Positions 1-13,506 of a stretch of DNA of 64,000 bases are shown one piece after another. The translations under genes and the position numbers were made by a program. Numbering within the stretch: position 1 is the first letter of the stretch; each line of letters starts with the position of its first letter. The notes under the pieces were generated by a model. It did not search any database. It was not told the origin of the DNA and saw nothing but the letters and a program-made list of their open reading frames with translations. The DNA is from Eledone cirrhosa (taxonomy: Eukaryota): assembly GCA_964016885.1 (NCBI GenBank), contig OZ024750.1, positions 14,818,001 through 14,882,000 of the forward strand, in the 5' to 3' direction.

Positions 1-135
1 TCTGTCGCTTCATGCCACAGAAACTGGGGCAGGCACTGGCCAGATGAATCTCTGGGCTTGAGACAGACTTTATTTTCCCTTGTAACAATGCATTATCTAA
101 TTACACTAACTACAATGTATTATCTAATTAACTAT

Positions 136-320
136 GGATTGGCAGTATTGGTAGAGGGTCGGACGCCATGCTTTGACGTATAGAGTTACGGCCCTTGCCA
201 TTCTGAGTTCAAATCCCGCCGAGGTTAACTTTGCCTTTCATCCTTACGGGGTCGATAAAATAAAGTACCAGTAATGCACTGGGTATTTGCTGGCCTTGTG
301 CCTAACGTAGAAACAATTAT
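136..320 (+). mobile_element. tRNA-derived SINE family A (octopus-type)
   Basis: GGATTGGCAGTATYGGTAGAG (A box), GAGTTCAAATCCCGCC (B box) and 3' end GTAGAAACAATTAT. There are more than 20 copies in the window, e.g. 545-660, 1272-1410(-), 16617-16780, 22275-22385(-), 27443-27640, 45012-45185(-), 45353-45570, 57015-57297, 57901-58110. Confidence 0.85.
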
Positions 321-1692
321 CTAATTAACTATGGGATGACTAGCTTAACTCCTACTTCACCAGATGATTTGACAGTCCAGCAGCTTTTCCCTTTTACATT
401 TGACTGATTGCTTCTTTGACTATATAATTATCGATTTCGATACTTGGGGTGGCTGGGGGTTGTCCCTCTTCGTTTACCCAACTTCTCATAGTAACATTTC
501 CAGACCTCTTTCTTCTGAGCTTTGCAGCACAGTTTATGGCTTTTTGCGTTCTGTGTTCAAATCCCGCTGAGGTTAACTTTGCCTTTCATCCTTACGGGGT
601 CGATAAAATAAAGTTTCCTCTCCTCCAAATTTGCTGGCCCTGTGCCTATACAAGAAACCGTTATTTCGAATACAATTTTTCCTCAATGTTTTACACTAAC
701 ATTGCTTTGAAATGTAGAACACCTCATGTCATTTATTGACAAACCTCTTTCTTGCTTTCAACTTCTCTACATGTTAAGTAAACCTGTTGCCTAACTTTTC
801 TGTTTGCAGACAACAGGTGAAACGCTATAGCGATGTGTGTTGCGTCCCTTTAAGGTTTACTGGCTACATAGCCTATTCGTTTAGAATTCTACCCGATACC
901 ACGAATAACTAATTTACTAATGTTACGTTAAGTTTATATAGTGTAAATAAAAAGAGATTACATATGCACAGCTCTCCTCGTTTGTTATTAAATAGATTAC
1001 GTAACGTTTTTAGCTGATTTTCCTTCGCATTTAAGTTTTTCTCTCTTGCACATATTCGCTACACACATAACATATACATTAGCTGAGCATGTGCAATTAA
1101 TCCAGTGATATGACAAGATATTTTCACTTTCTTATTCCGAGCTATATTGTCAATGATAACCCTTTTAAGAGACGTCATTGCAACAAAGTGTTTCCATCAA
1201 TTTACACTAGTATACACAAACACAGACTATACATGGAAATTTAAACTTTTACGTACTTTAGATAAAATCACAATAATTGTTTCTACTTTAGGCACAAGGC
1301 CAGCAATTACCCAGTGCATTACTGGTACTTTATTTTATCGACCCCGTAAGGATGAAAGGCAAAGTTAACCTCGGCGGGATTTGAACTCAGAATGGCAAGG
1401 GCCGTAACGTCAAAATGAGAGTATGTATCTAGATGAGTGAAAATACGTATTTAAAAGAATACAACTCACGCTTGAAAAGTTGTCAAAACTTAGTCGGGAA
1501 TGTAAAAGTAAAGAACGTGGTGCGGTATTTTGAGTCTTTCACTGATTAATAATCGCTTTATTATCGTTTTGCAACATTGTAGAGCGAATATAAAATTTTA
1601 TAAGTTTCAGCTTTGAAAAACTACCCTCACCATTTTCCATCGATATTGGAAGTGTGAAAAAGATGCTCAATGCAATAGCATCATTTGAGTGA

Positions 1693-2018
1693 TATAAAAA
1701 ATTGGCACTACAAAGGTGTCAGTCGAAAACAGCCGATGAAAGCAAAACATCGTTTATTTCCGTATTACTACCACGCGTAAGTGGAGTTTTCTTTTTTTCT
1801 AATTAACTTAAATTTGTTTTCTAATTTGGCCCTTAAAAGGGCCACCTATATTTTCATTTAAGTAACTCCACTTACATCGATATGCTTTAAAAAAAAACAA
1901 AAAAAAACGTATGAAAACTCCACTTACGCGTGGTGGTAGTAATACGGAAATAAACGATGGCGAATGACGCCACCTTCGCCTGCTTTCACGACTGACAGCT
2001 AATAGCGTTGTAGTGCCA
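1693..2018. repeat. Inverted repeat with promoter/first-exon-like content
   Basis: 1748-1791 is the reverse complement of 1913-1959 (3-nt indel). Outer blocks 1703-1713/2008-2018 and 1717-1725/1989-1997 also pair. Confidence 0.8.
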
Positions 2019-2559
2019 CAAAATCTACTATTTTATCTAGATCGGTTCAAACTACATATGCGGCTACCCTCACCTACGCCGCAACATCGAAGTAACACTC
2101 AAGACGTTGGGGAAATGGACAACAGACAATGAAGTTTTTGTCATTGTCAGCTCGTCTTACTGAAGAATCAGGTGATGCCCATGTGTGTGCTTGGCTATTT
2201 CAGAGCCTTAGTCTCGCTCTCACTTACATTAATGCCATGTCTTGGCTTACCTCGAAAGTTTCAGAGGAAAACATCAACATTCCCCGTTGACGTGTCTATC
2301 TTCCACATTGTTTCTTTTCTTTTTTTTTTTTCATCATTAACTTGTTACTTTTGCAAATTGTAAACACTATAGGTTAATTGGAATAAAATATATAAAAATT
2401 TATTAATCGTCTTAACCTTGCCCTCGACAATTGAAGTATTTTACTTATGTAAAAAATCGTTGCGAAGCTGTAGGTTTTTATATCTTTCATTTTTGTGTTA
2501 GAGGTGTGTTGTGGTTTATCTGTAAATGTATACTCTATATGTAACCTATTGATAAAAAG

Positions 2560-2754
2560 TTGTCACCACCCCTCCACATCGCTTCCTTAACAGGAACTAA
2601 ATATTTTTACACACGCATGCGCACAATACTACAATAACGACAGCGTGCTTCATTGCTTTATCAACGTGTATAACTTCTGGAAATTAAGAATATTTAATTT
2701 TCTTGTTTTTTATATATATTGACACATTACAAAAAGATTTCATTGATTTTAAAG
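2560..2754 (+). promoter_or_regulatory. Probable La promoter and non-coding first exon
   Basis: NRF1-type motif CGCATGCGCA at 2614-2623 and a donor AAAG|GTTAGT at 2754/2755. The ATG exon has its own acceptor at 6009-6010, so an upstream UTR exon is required. Confidence 0.5.
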
Positions 2755-4507
2755 GTTAGTATTTTTATCTTTGTATCTGAGTAGATATGTTTGTATGTGA
2801 GTAGATATCTGTTTTATTTAAATGAACATGTGGTGTTTGTCGTTTACAGAACAAATAAGTTCTGTTAAAAACTAAATTTTCTGTTTTTTCTAAAGTATAT
2901 TAAGAAATGGATCGAATTCCTTTTGAATTTAGCTAGTAAAGTATATCTTTTAATGAAAATAACAGTCTGAATATAAATTTATCTAAGGTAACATGGAGTA
3001 AATAATTATTTTGAAGAAATTTATATAAGCATTATTTCCCATGTGTAATGAGTTAGACGCACATGACAGCAGAATTGGCAAACGGCTGGTTTACGATAAT
3101 GTAGAATGTACATGGATAGAATATTAAGGGAACAACTGGCGAACACTGGTCCAAAGAAGTGACATTCATTGATAGTTGGTATAGAAAAATACGATAGTGA
3201 ATAATTTAATTATGATAGTAAATGTTTTCATAGTGGAAATATGATGAAATTACCGGAAAAATGAAGTAATACTTTAATTTTATCCTATCTGCTTCTTTTT
3301 CATTTTTCATATTTAATCTTCTCATTCAATATTTGAATAATATAAAGGACGGAAGTATTTTTCTTTAAATTTCATCTTATTTAAATAATGAAAGTATTGA
3401 AAATTGGAGGTATATATCTGGAGTATTGTTTGTCTGTTGTGCCATATTGGGAATAAATGAATGAGGTTGACAAAAAAAAAAAAAAAATGAAACGAATGAA
3501 AGCTTCTTTATCATTTGGTAACTATTGGTGTTTACCTATCAAGTCATGTGTAACGAATTTCACCTTATTTAGTCTCGGGGGAAATTTAATAAGATAAAAT
3601 AAAATAAACCAAGTTGATTGGGGAGACAAGGTGGTGTATGTCCCTTAGTAAAACTGGTTATTTCCTAATGCATGTACTGAATATATACAAAAAAAAGTTG
3701 AATAATTTATTAACGGAGAATAATAGCTTTACAGATCTGTATGAAAATGTTGAGTAAGCCCAACTTGTTTGAAGCCTGACTACGTAATTAACATCTAAAT
3801 AACTTGGGGAAAGGACTTTTTTTTGTGTTACTACTAAACAAAATATTGAACTTCCTTTGAGATACCAGAGCAAGCACTCTAACTCCACACATTCCATCTC
3901 ACAACACTTATTCATACTATTATATTACTCGAGTCAATAAAGAATCCTTTACGTGCTAGTTCTATTTGTTAGAAATAAAAACACATTGACATCTCATTAA
4001 TGTAGTTCTAGATGGCTCCAAAATTGTCTGTTTGGCCTCTACCAGGATGCCTTTTAATTATAGATCTGCTCAAACAAGTTTGACCTGGGGTTAAAACAAC
4101 CACCATATCACAAAAATAAGACTTCCAAATGAACCCCCCCCCCCCCAATCCTAACCAAACGCACCATTCTAATTACACCGGCACAGCAGTTTAGTTCTAA
4201 GTCTGTTCTAAGCCGAAGGCTCATCAGACCGGTGTTTATGTCGGTTTCCTTGTCGTTAAGCGACTGAAAGTACAAGACTCTCCCTGGACAGGACGCTAGC
4301 TACTGCTGGTACTCACTCAGCTGAGTGTACTGGAGCAACGTAAAATAAAGTGTTTTGCTTAAGAACACAACTCAGTAGGCTGTCCAGGAATCGAACCCAT
4401 TACACGAGAGTGTTTCGTGTTCGTTAAAATAAAAAAAATTAAGAGTTGCTTCCCCTGTTTACCACTGGTAGGCAAACTCAGCTACTCTTTATTCTAGTAT
4501 TTTAATT

Positions 4508-4980
4508 TGGCTGTTGCCGGCTTCCCCCTCCCAGCTCAAACCGGCGGGGCTGGATTGAGGGGACACCAAAAGGCCAGACGGCATGACCATCTTCTCATTC
4601 CGTGGTGGTAAACCCCTCATCTGGGATGCCACATGCAGCGACAACCTGGTGCAGTCTTCGATTAATCCAGGCTCTGCTGTACTTCTGGCCGATGAGGGTG
4701 AACTCTCCAAATATCGGTCGCTCTCCGACAGGTTTGGGGTCGAGCCAGTAACTGAAGACTTCTGGTGTTCTTGGCTCCAGGACCACCTTCCTACTCACCA
4801 CAATCGACACGGAGTTGGCTAACCGCAGGCGTGAGCCTCGCGAGTTGGAATGGCTTTTCCAACGCATTTCCCTCATCATCCTCTGAAGAGACGTCTTCTC
4901 TATTCTGTCCGCGGGATGGTCGGTGCTTGGGCTCTCCTTTGTATATAATAGAGATGGGTAGAGTGAGACAGATTGAGACC
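4508..4980 (+). mobile_element. 5'-truncated CRE-like non-LTR retrotransposon (restriction-like endonuclease domain)
   Basis: KRPDGMTIFSFRGGKPLIWDATC...KYRSL...WLFQRISL, with stops and frameshifts. Confidence 0.8.
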
Positions 4981-6018
4981 TTTATCCTTACAGACATCAG
5001 ACTGACTGGTGCGAAATTGAACAGGAATGCCAGCGATGATACCATACACAGCATCTATCGCGGGTTTAATATCGACAGTTGAACAAAACATTTCGTTTCT
5101 GAGATATTTGAGGCTTATGCAAATATTGTAAATTATTGTTAAATCGCGCTAAATAATACAAGTAAGTATTCATAAGTTAAAAACAAAAACAAAGAAAGAT
5201 AAATGATTTAGCTGTTCATGACGTTTACTTGTCATATTCTTTGCTTTTTTTTACATGCAGATAAAAAAAAAACACCTTTATTTGCCATCTCTCCATGCTG
5301 TGAAAACAATACAAAACAAAATGTGCAATAAGGGGAGGCAATTCATTGTTTATTTTAACCTTTAACTTGCACTACCGGCTTACCTATCTTCAATGCCCCC
5401 CGAGTCGCCTTTTCACCATCGTGGTCCTCAAGACAGCTGACTCAGACGTGGACCGCGAATTGGGGCCGACTATGACCAGTTTGATCAACGAAGACCTCGA
5501 TGTCTTATAGTATGCAGATGCCCAACGCAACTGGGATGACATTAAGTGCAGGTCAACCTTCGGGCAAATCAAGTCTTCCTTAGAACAACAACCGTCTCGC
5601 AGCCAAACAGCGGCGCATGGCTCAATTCAGTGCCCTTCTCATCAACCAGTACCCTTCTTGATTAGTGCACATGCATTAGAGCGGCCCAGCACCGCGATCT
5701 CTGCGTATGTGAACTGCATAAATGCTGTTGTTGATGAGTTGTCAGATGTATGGTAGATTTTAAAGAATGTCTTGGGCACGTATTCATTCACCCAAATATC
5801 TACATGTCCTAGATCTGCTTCATCAAAAGCTGATCTGGGACTATACAGTAACAACGGGACAAAAGTCAGTCACCTAATTTCTTGGTCTTTGTTGAGAAAG
5901 TAATTTTTATCCATCCATCATTTCAACATTTTTGCATAAATGTATATACCCACCATATTAATATTATGAATGCTAGAGAGTTGAAGATAGTAATTCTTTC
6001 TTCATTTCAGTGGTTGTA

Positions 6019-9000
6019 ATGGCAGAAACAAATGGAGAAACCTTATCGGATCTTGAAAAGAAAATTATTCGACAGATTGAGGTATGTTAAATAGCTATTT
6101 CACTTCACCTAATTCCTCAGCTCGTTTTACTTTGAACTAGTTGTTGGAACGGCTTGGATTATTTTTGTTGTTGTTTAGTCCCAGAAAAATGCTTTGCAGC
6201 ATATAATTACAGTCTTTTACATTCTGAGTTAAAATTGTGTTAAGGTTATAAAATATTGATAAAATATAGTACCAGTAATGCACTGGAGTTGATTTTATCA
6301 ACTTTCTCCTCCCCCCCAAATTGTTGGTCTTGTGCCTAAATCAAGTCATTATTTTAATGTTAGATTGGCAGTATCGGTAGAGAGTTGGACACCATGCTTT
6401 GCAGCATAGAGTTACAGTCCTTTATCGTCTGAGTTCAAATCCCACCGAGGTAAACTTTGCCTTTCATCCTTACGGGGTCGATAAAATAAAGTACCAGTAA
6501 CGCACTGGGTAATTACTGGCCTTGTGCCAAAAGTAGAAACAATTATTTTAATTGTTTAGTCTCAAGTCAGCTCTTAATCAAAAACAGTCAAGCTTTTGCT
6601 ATCCCATATTTTTCCAGAAATAGTATACTCTCAGACTACGTTTCCCAGTATATTTTTTTATAAAGACAGTGCAAGGGAGCTTTAGTTAATATTTCCAAGT
6701 AGTTGAGTGATTGCACAGATGTTCCTTTGTTGTTATTTCAATTATTTCACTATTTTATATATACTTTTCCTTCATTTCAGTACTATTTTGGTGACATCAA
6801 CCTTTCCAGAGATCGTTTTCTGCAAGAACAAATTAAGTTAGATGATGGCTGTATCCTTTTCACCCCAAAATGTTTCTTTATTTGACAGCGATGCTATATG
6901 ACACAAAATACATTTATTACTGATTTAAACCGGCCATATCCGGTCAGAATTCTCTCTCCTCTTTCTGTTCAAACTGGTCGTAACAGGCCACTCATACTGA
7001 TGTTAATGCATTGTTTGGAAAATGAATATCAAACTCTCGGGAAATTTGATATTATGTGAGATAAATAGTTTCTGTGAAAATACAATAGTAAATCTATGTG
7101 AATGCTAAAGGATTAACATATTTGTCAATTGTAAGAATAAGATTATATTTCAGCTTTTTGCATTAGTTGTGTTGTATTGTTATATTATCTAAATTACCTT
7201 GACTGACATTCTAAACTAGGGGTATCAATGGAAATAATGCTAAAATTTAACCGATTGAAATCTCTAAGCCAAGAAGCTAAAGTCATATGTGATGCTATCA
7301 AAAAATCAGACTCAGGTTTGATGGAGGTTAGTTAAAAAATTTTTACTATTATTATTAAACACCTTTATAGTTTAATTTCATTCTGACAATGTTGTGAACT
7401 TCTGTAGCTTAAAGACTTTTCTAATGGCAACATCTGCATCTGTCCTTTCAATTTGAGGGATAACAAACATCTTAATTGGGACATTTATGTCTCCTGGAAA
7501 CCTTAACTCATAAATGTGGAAGTACAGCCAGAAAAGCTTCCAATATTTTTCACTAGAATCTGTAAGAATTATAATTTTTCAGTACATTTGGTGTATAAAC
7601 TTTTACTACAAAGTCTCCAAATTTCACAAGTGCACCTTATATTTTGATTTTTATTCATAACGATTTAAATGAATCATTAACTGCATTTAACTCGTCCTGT
7701 TAAAGATGACTTAAATATTTGATGGTCACTTTTTTTATTTTTTTTATATAATTTGAAGTTATATAATTATTTTCAACATATATACAGATCAATGAAGATT
7801 CTACAAAGATCCGTCGATCTGCCGAAAAGCCATTGCCAGAGAACACACGAGAAAGAAGGGAAGAAATGAGCAATCGAACACTTTATGTGGTATGTTTTTT
7901 TTTGTTTATTTCTTTCCCCAAGCTTTTACTCTTGAGTCTCCCAAATAATGGGGGTGGGGGTTCTATGTGGTTTGTTGATTTTGTTAAAAAACAGAATTAG
8001 TTATTTAGTTTGAGTCTTCAGCTTAATGCTGTGGGAAACATCTGAAAAATGGTGGGGGAGGGGGCAATTATTTGAGACCCAACAGTATTTGTACAATTGA
8101 AAATATGGAATCTACAATTTATTGAGGCATGGTTCACTGCTGGTGTTCATAACTTTTAAAGCTTACTAAGAAGTTGACTTAGCTTGGCTGGTCTCACTTA
8201 GGGATCCAGCCAGATCAGTTGGAAACAGTTGCTTCTACCAAGACTTGTTGGAAAGAGTGTTTGAGGGCTCTGCCCCCATGACCCTCTCAGGAATAATTGG
8301 GCAAAGATGACCTCTGAGTGCACATTGTAGTTTATGAATTGGTGATAGGGGGTTTGCATTTTAACTATTATTTTCTCTTGGAAAGTAACTTTAGTTTAAG
8401 ATTATTGCCCCAACACCAATTATAAAAGAAATGAATGATTTAACTGTGAACTGTTTCCTTCTCTATTCATTTCTACAGAAAGGATTCCCAGAAGATGTAA
8501 CTCTTGATGATCTGATGACTTTTTTTGCAAAATATGGTGAACTTGAAAATCTAGTAATGAAGAAAAATGGAAGTAAAAAATTTACAGTAAGTTTGTTTTC
8601 CATTTTCAATATTTTGATGTAGTGAATTATTTTTCTTGATTAATTTGGGGTTGGAATCTGGGAAAGTTTAGTATGATTCTGAAAGTTACAAAATACTGGC
8701 ATCTGTTTAGGTACGATGAAATATGTGAAAAATTGGTTTTTCTGCTCATTGTTACTGATTTGGTTATACATCTGGTTTAGGATAAGTACACTATATCCCA
8801 AACTGTCATAAGAAGCTACTAGAATGGTTGGTGTCAGGAAGGGCATCTGTCTGTAAAACATTGCCCCAAAAAGTCCTGTCCAACCCATGCTAGTATTCAA
8901 AAGTTGACATAAAAACGATAATGGTATTTTGTTTTATAGGGTTCTGCCTTTGTTGTCTTTTTGGAAAAAGATAAACTGGATGAATTTATGAAACTTGAAG

Positions 9001-12000
9001 ATCTTAAATATGGAGAAAATGAAATAGTAAAATATCGCAAGTAAGTAACGTTTCCACATCGGGAGGATGCTTACAGTTAAAAAAATTTTCTTTTAAATTT
9101 GACCCTTTAGCATTTACATTACTTTATATATATTATATTTTTGTGGTAAAGGCATTATCTCACATAATATCGAATCTGAGATTTTGATATTATATATTTT
9201 GAGAACAATACCTTAACATCAGTATGAGTGGTTCGTTACAGCCGGTTTAAACAGAAAGAAGAGAATTCTGGCCGGATGCGGCCAGTTTAAATGCTAATGG
9301 GTTAATTCTTTCATGACCATATTTGCGATGAAATAAACTTGCCTATGTTAATTAGTTTTGAAAATAATGAACAAAATGGAAGAATTTAGGAAAATTACTG
9401 TTTAGAACATAACAAAAAGTACTTAATAAAAATTTGATGACATGCCTTAATTGAAATATGAATACTTTATTGTATCATAGAATCAGTGGCATTCAAAAGG
9501 GTTACTTTTATTTCCTTATTTTATTAGTTTTCTTGATAAATTTGGAGTTCAAATATGCAAATCTAGATAATTTAAATTTTTACTCCTATTTATTGTTGCT
9601 ATTTTGTTACATGTCTCCACAGGGATGAATATTATAAGAAGAAAACTGAGAAAAGAAGACAGCAGAAAGAACAACAAATGAAGGAGAAACAAGAGTGAGT
9701 TATTATTTTTGTGTATCTGCAGACAGGCATATATGAATTTGAAGGAATTGTTTAATTTGTCTGCATTTTTATTTGATAATTTTCATAAATCTCTGTTAAA
9801 TTTCAAATCTCTAGTTTAGAGTTGCTAATAAAAAAATATTCTGTTGATAGTCATGAATCATATAGCCATTACATTCTGTCAGTAGTTGGATCAATCTGAC
9901 ATTTACTGCAATTTTGGGATTTGTGTAGAAAATTTCTTAACCCTTTAGCATTTACATTACTCTATTTACTATCGTATTTTCATGGTAATTATATTTTCAC
10001 ATAATATCAAGTCTTCGAGATTTTGATATTATTTATTTTGAGAACAATACCTTAACATCAGTATGATTGGCCAGTTGCAGCCAGTTTGAATAGAAAGTGG
10101 TGAGAGAATTCTGGCCAGATATAGCCTGTTTAAATGCTAATGGGTTAAGCGTCAATCTATATTTTCATTTGGGAATTTCACAGGTTTGGCCTGATTCAGA
10201 CATCTAGTCAGTTTTTTAAAAATATATTTGCAATGAAATAGCTCTTAAATATATTTGCAATGAAATAGCTCTTAAATATATTTGCAATGAAATAGCTTTA
10301 AATATATTTGCAATGAAATAGCTCTTAAATATATTTGCAATGAAATAGCTTTAAATATATTTGCAATGAAATAGCTTTAAATATATTTGCAATGAAATAG
10401 CTCCTAAATTTAAAATGTGTTTGATATATGGATTTTCAATTAAAAATGTCTTCTTTTTTTTCACTTTCACATGATTTTTCATTTTGTAGGCAACATTTAA
10501 AGAAAATGGAAGAGGTATGTTTTTTTTTCTAATATGGTTAAGTAGTTAAAACAAACATTGCATGAAGATGTGAGATTGTGATAACAGGATGTTAGAAGTA
10601 AAGGATAGCAATTATTAATAGCATCATCAGTCATGTGGAACATGGACTGGTGACGCCAAGAAAATTGTAGAAGGAATATAGCTGTCTTGAAATTGAAAGT
10701 TTTTTCTTTTTATTTAGATCCCATTTTTCTGCAAATCCTATCATGATTTGGATCCTTTGCATGTTATTTTGTTCTATATGCAGTTGTAAGGCATACACAC
10801 TCGGTTAAAATGGAATGTCTCAAACATTTCTCTCTGGGTTGTAATTCTTGAATCACTTCATAACAAATTATTTTGATTAAAAAATAAAATTAGCTCAACG
10901 GCCTTATCAATTTGTAAATATGTTTGAATTTTGTAAAAAAAAAACATCCCAACCATTCTTGCAGATACCTTTTATTTTTGTCATTTAATTCTGTTAAAGG
11001 TGCCAGAGAGATTGAACTCCTAGTTATACTCCTGCAGTGGTTTCCGGTTAACCTATTTTGACTCAATAATTCTGCAATGTAAATAAGGAAACATTTGTTA
11101 GCTGAACTACTTTCTACCTATTTGTGCAAATGTAGTGTAGAATGTCTTAACTATAGCTACAAGTGTGATACTGCTGAGTTAATATCTTAACTGTGGCTAC
11201 AAGTGTGGTACTACTGATGTATTGTCTTAACCGTAGCTACAGGTGTGGTACCACTGGACTGTCTTAACTGTGGTTGCAAGTGTTGTACCTCTGATAGAAA
11301 TATCCTACCCGTTTCACTTTGATGGAACTTTGTTAATCTGAAAATTATTTTTTGTGTTTTAGAAAGAAAAACTCACAATTATTCCTGGATCAGTACTACA
11401 TCTTTCAGGATTTACACAGGATTTAGAGAGAGACGACATTAAGACTTTCTTCTCTGATTTTGCTGGTGTAGCCTGGGTTGACTATAATAAAGGTGATACA
11501 GAGGTTAGTTTTTCTTTTCTTTGCTTTCTTTTTTTAAAGTTTTTGTCACAGTAGCCAGCATTACCTAGTAAGACCTCCATAGTAATATTAGGTTATTCCC
11601 CTTTTACCCGTTCAGGGTGCCATGTTCAAAATAATTTCTATTATTTTTTCTATGTTGGTATCGCTGATATTATTGCCTAGTTACTCATTAAATTAGTTTA
11701 TCTGTTTGATTAATAATGTATATCTATGAATTATACATGAGCTAATATTGTTGGAACTAACTCACGGGAAATGCAGAAGAAGACATGCTCAAACCTTCAT
11801 CGATCAACTCTCGGATGATACAAACCTCCGCAAGGAAAATCGTGAATTGTAGAGTGACTTTATCAGGAATGTTTGACTGTGGTCGCAATAACGAAGAAAT
11901 GAGAGGCTGTCGGGAATATTTTTTTTTATTACTTAACGTTTCTTCATAATTTGTTCCATTTAAGGCATGGGTACGTTTCCTTGAAGAAAATCAAGCAAAG

Positions 12001-13144
12001 ATAGTTCTTGAGAAAGCTAAAGGTGTTGACAGTAAAGAAATTAAGCTAAAAGACAATCTCCTGAAGGGTGATGTTCTTGAAGGTATGTATTATTTGGAAA
12101 TTTACATTATCTTGTAACTTATATTTCTAATACTTCTTTCAATAAGCAAACCTATCGATCTGGTATAACCTTTTTGATAACAATTTTGTATTTAATAATT
12201 TTATCAGGAGATGCTGAACGTGAACACTGGAAGAAAATTTCTGAAGCTAAATCTGCTGGGATGAAGAACAAGAAGCAAGGCGGCAAAATGGGTGGCTGGA
12301 AGAAATTTGGCAAAAGGCATGCAAAGCGTGGTAACAATGGTAAGCATTTATATTAAACAGTTTGTTGGTTGTTGCATTGAAAATAGATGAACCAGATAAC
12401 TTTGAAGGCTATTTCGTATCCTTAATTCTCTTCCCCCTCCCATCAAATATCACCTCATCCCATGCTATTGTGCTTTTAAGCACTCCAAGTAGAGGAACCT
12501 TTCAGAAGTAGTAGTGGGAGTCTGATTGTAGGATACAGGACTGCAATAAGTGGTGGAACGTTGTACCAAAGCAGACTCATCCAACCCATACTTTGCCCAC
12601 TTATTCCTGAGAGGGTCATGGGGGAAGGGTCCTCAAACACTCCTTCCAGCAGGTCTTGTCAGAAGCAACCACCTCCAACTGATCCGGCTGGATCCCCAAG
12701 CAAGACCAGCCAAGCTCATGCATGTTATCCAACCATCTTGCTTGGGCCTCCTGCTGGTTGGTTTTGCCTGTAAAATCTGTCCAGTGATTCTTTCCTGAGA
12801 CATTCTAACCCCACGCCCATGATCTCTCAATTCTAAGAAGTAGCGACTCTACCTGGATTGACTCTGATCTCCAAGCTGAGCACTCTATCTAGTCACATTT
12901 TTCCAAAGACCCCTTGGAGGAACCCCATTTTGGCTGCTTGTTTACATGATCATATTTTTTCAGTCATTACCCAAGATTCATGACCATAGGTGACCCAGTC
13001 TAGCATAGAAATCCAGTTTCTATTGAATTCATCGTTAATTTGATATCTTGTCATTTTGAATAGTAGAAAATACTAAAAATTACATATGTATTGTTTTTTT
13101 CAGGTGAGGAACCAGCTGCAAAGGTTACTAAAACTGAAGACTAA
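6019..13144 (+). CDS. SSB: Lupus La protein homolog (La motif + RRM1 + RRM2 + basic tail), 12 coding exons, 359 aa
   Basis: Hand-spliced GT-AG exons with consistent phases: 6019-6081, 6781-6850, 7220-7326, 7788-7889, 8479-8586, 8940-9040, 9623-9694, 10490-10514, 11363-11503, 11965-12082, 12208-12339, 13104-13144 (1080 nt). Translation [60 protein letters not shown] (La motif), then RTLYVKGFP...GSAFVVF (RRM1), GSVLHLSGF...AWVDYNKGDTEAWVRF (RRM2) and ...EEPAAKVTKTED*. Confidence 0.96.
6362..6547 (+). mobile_element. SINE family A copy (La intron)
   Basis: Near full-length match to the 136-320 copy. Confidence 0.85.
6851..7219 (+). other. U12-type (minor spliceosome) GT-AG intron in the La gene
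   Basis: The 5' site is GTATCCTTTT and there is a branch-like TACCTTGAC at 7195-7203, about 17 nt before the AG. There is no polypyrimidine tract. The intron splits the conserved Trp codon (T|GG) of the La motif. Confidence 0.9.
9937..10148. mobile_element. piggyBac-like MITE (about 210 bp)
   Basis: Ends TTAA-CCCTTTAGCATTTA and TAAATGCTAATGGG-TTAA. Further copies at 9099-9305, 14265-14477, 21524-21733 (inverted) and 6923-7116 (partial, inside the U12 intron). Confidence 0.85.
10219..10407. repeat. 25/27-bp minisatellite, about 7 copies
   Basis: AAATATATTTGCAATGAAATAGCT(CT)T. Confidence 0.9.
11140..11290. repeat. Degenerate tandem repeat of about 40 bp, about 4 copies
   Basis: TCTTAACTGTGGCTACAAGTGTGGTAC recurs. 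Confidence 0.75.
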
Positions 13145-13506
13145 TTAGAAACTGAATACTTCTTATATCTTATAAATCTTTTATTAAGCTCTCTTGAGGA
13201 TCTGTTATCAGTAAACGATCATGCATAAGCTTTCTTTTATGATAGCAGTTCTTACAGTCATGCTCTTGGGTTCACGACTACAAATATCCTGGCAGTTATT
13301 CAGCTTTACTCTAGCTGAGTCTTTTGTATGCCATTTTTTCTTCAAAATTTTTAGTTCTGGCAATATAGGGACTATGAAGACCATTGCTGATAAATTCTTT
13401 GTTTCCCTGTGAAAATATTTTACTAGCATCTGTCTGCTAGAATACTAACAGAGGTTTCGTGGCACAAGAGGAAAAAAAAACACGAAAAAACATTTTACAT
13501 CTTGTA

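Noticed and set aside
810-912. Possible terminal exon of an upstream plus-strand gene after TTTGCAG
   Set aside because: Only an acceptor-like site is present, with no recognisable protein sequence.
4195-4235. CTGATGA-GCC-TTC-GGC hairpin on the minus strand
   Set aside because: No GAAA follows; it is the 3' tail of SINE family B.
5390-5860. GC-richer segment in La intron 1 with short ORFs
   Set aside because: It may be a decayed non-LTR element, but no motif is clear enough to name.
13133-13160. CTGAAGA...GAAAC hammerhead-like string at the La stop codon
   Set aside because: Stems I-III are not valid in the required register, and the string is explained by the codons for TED*.
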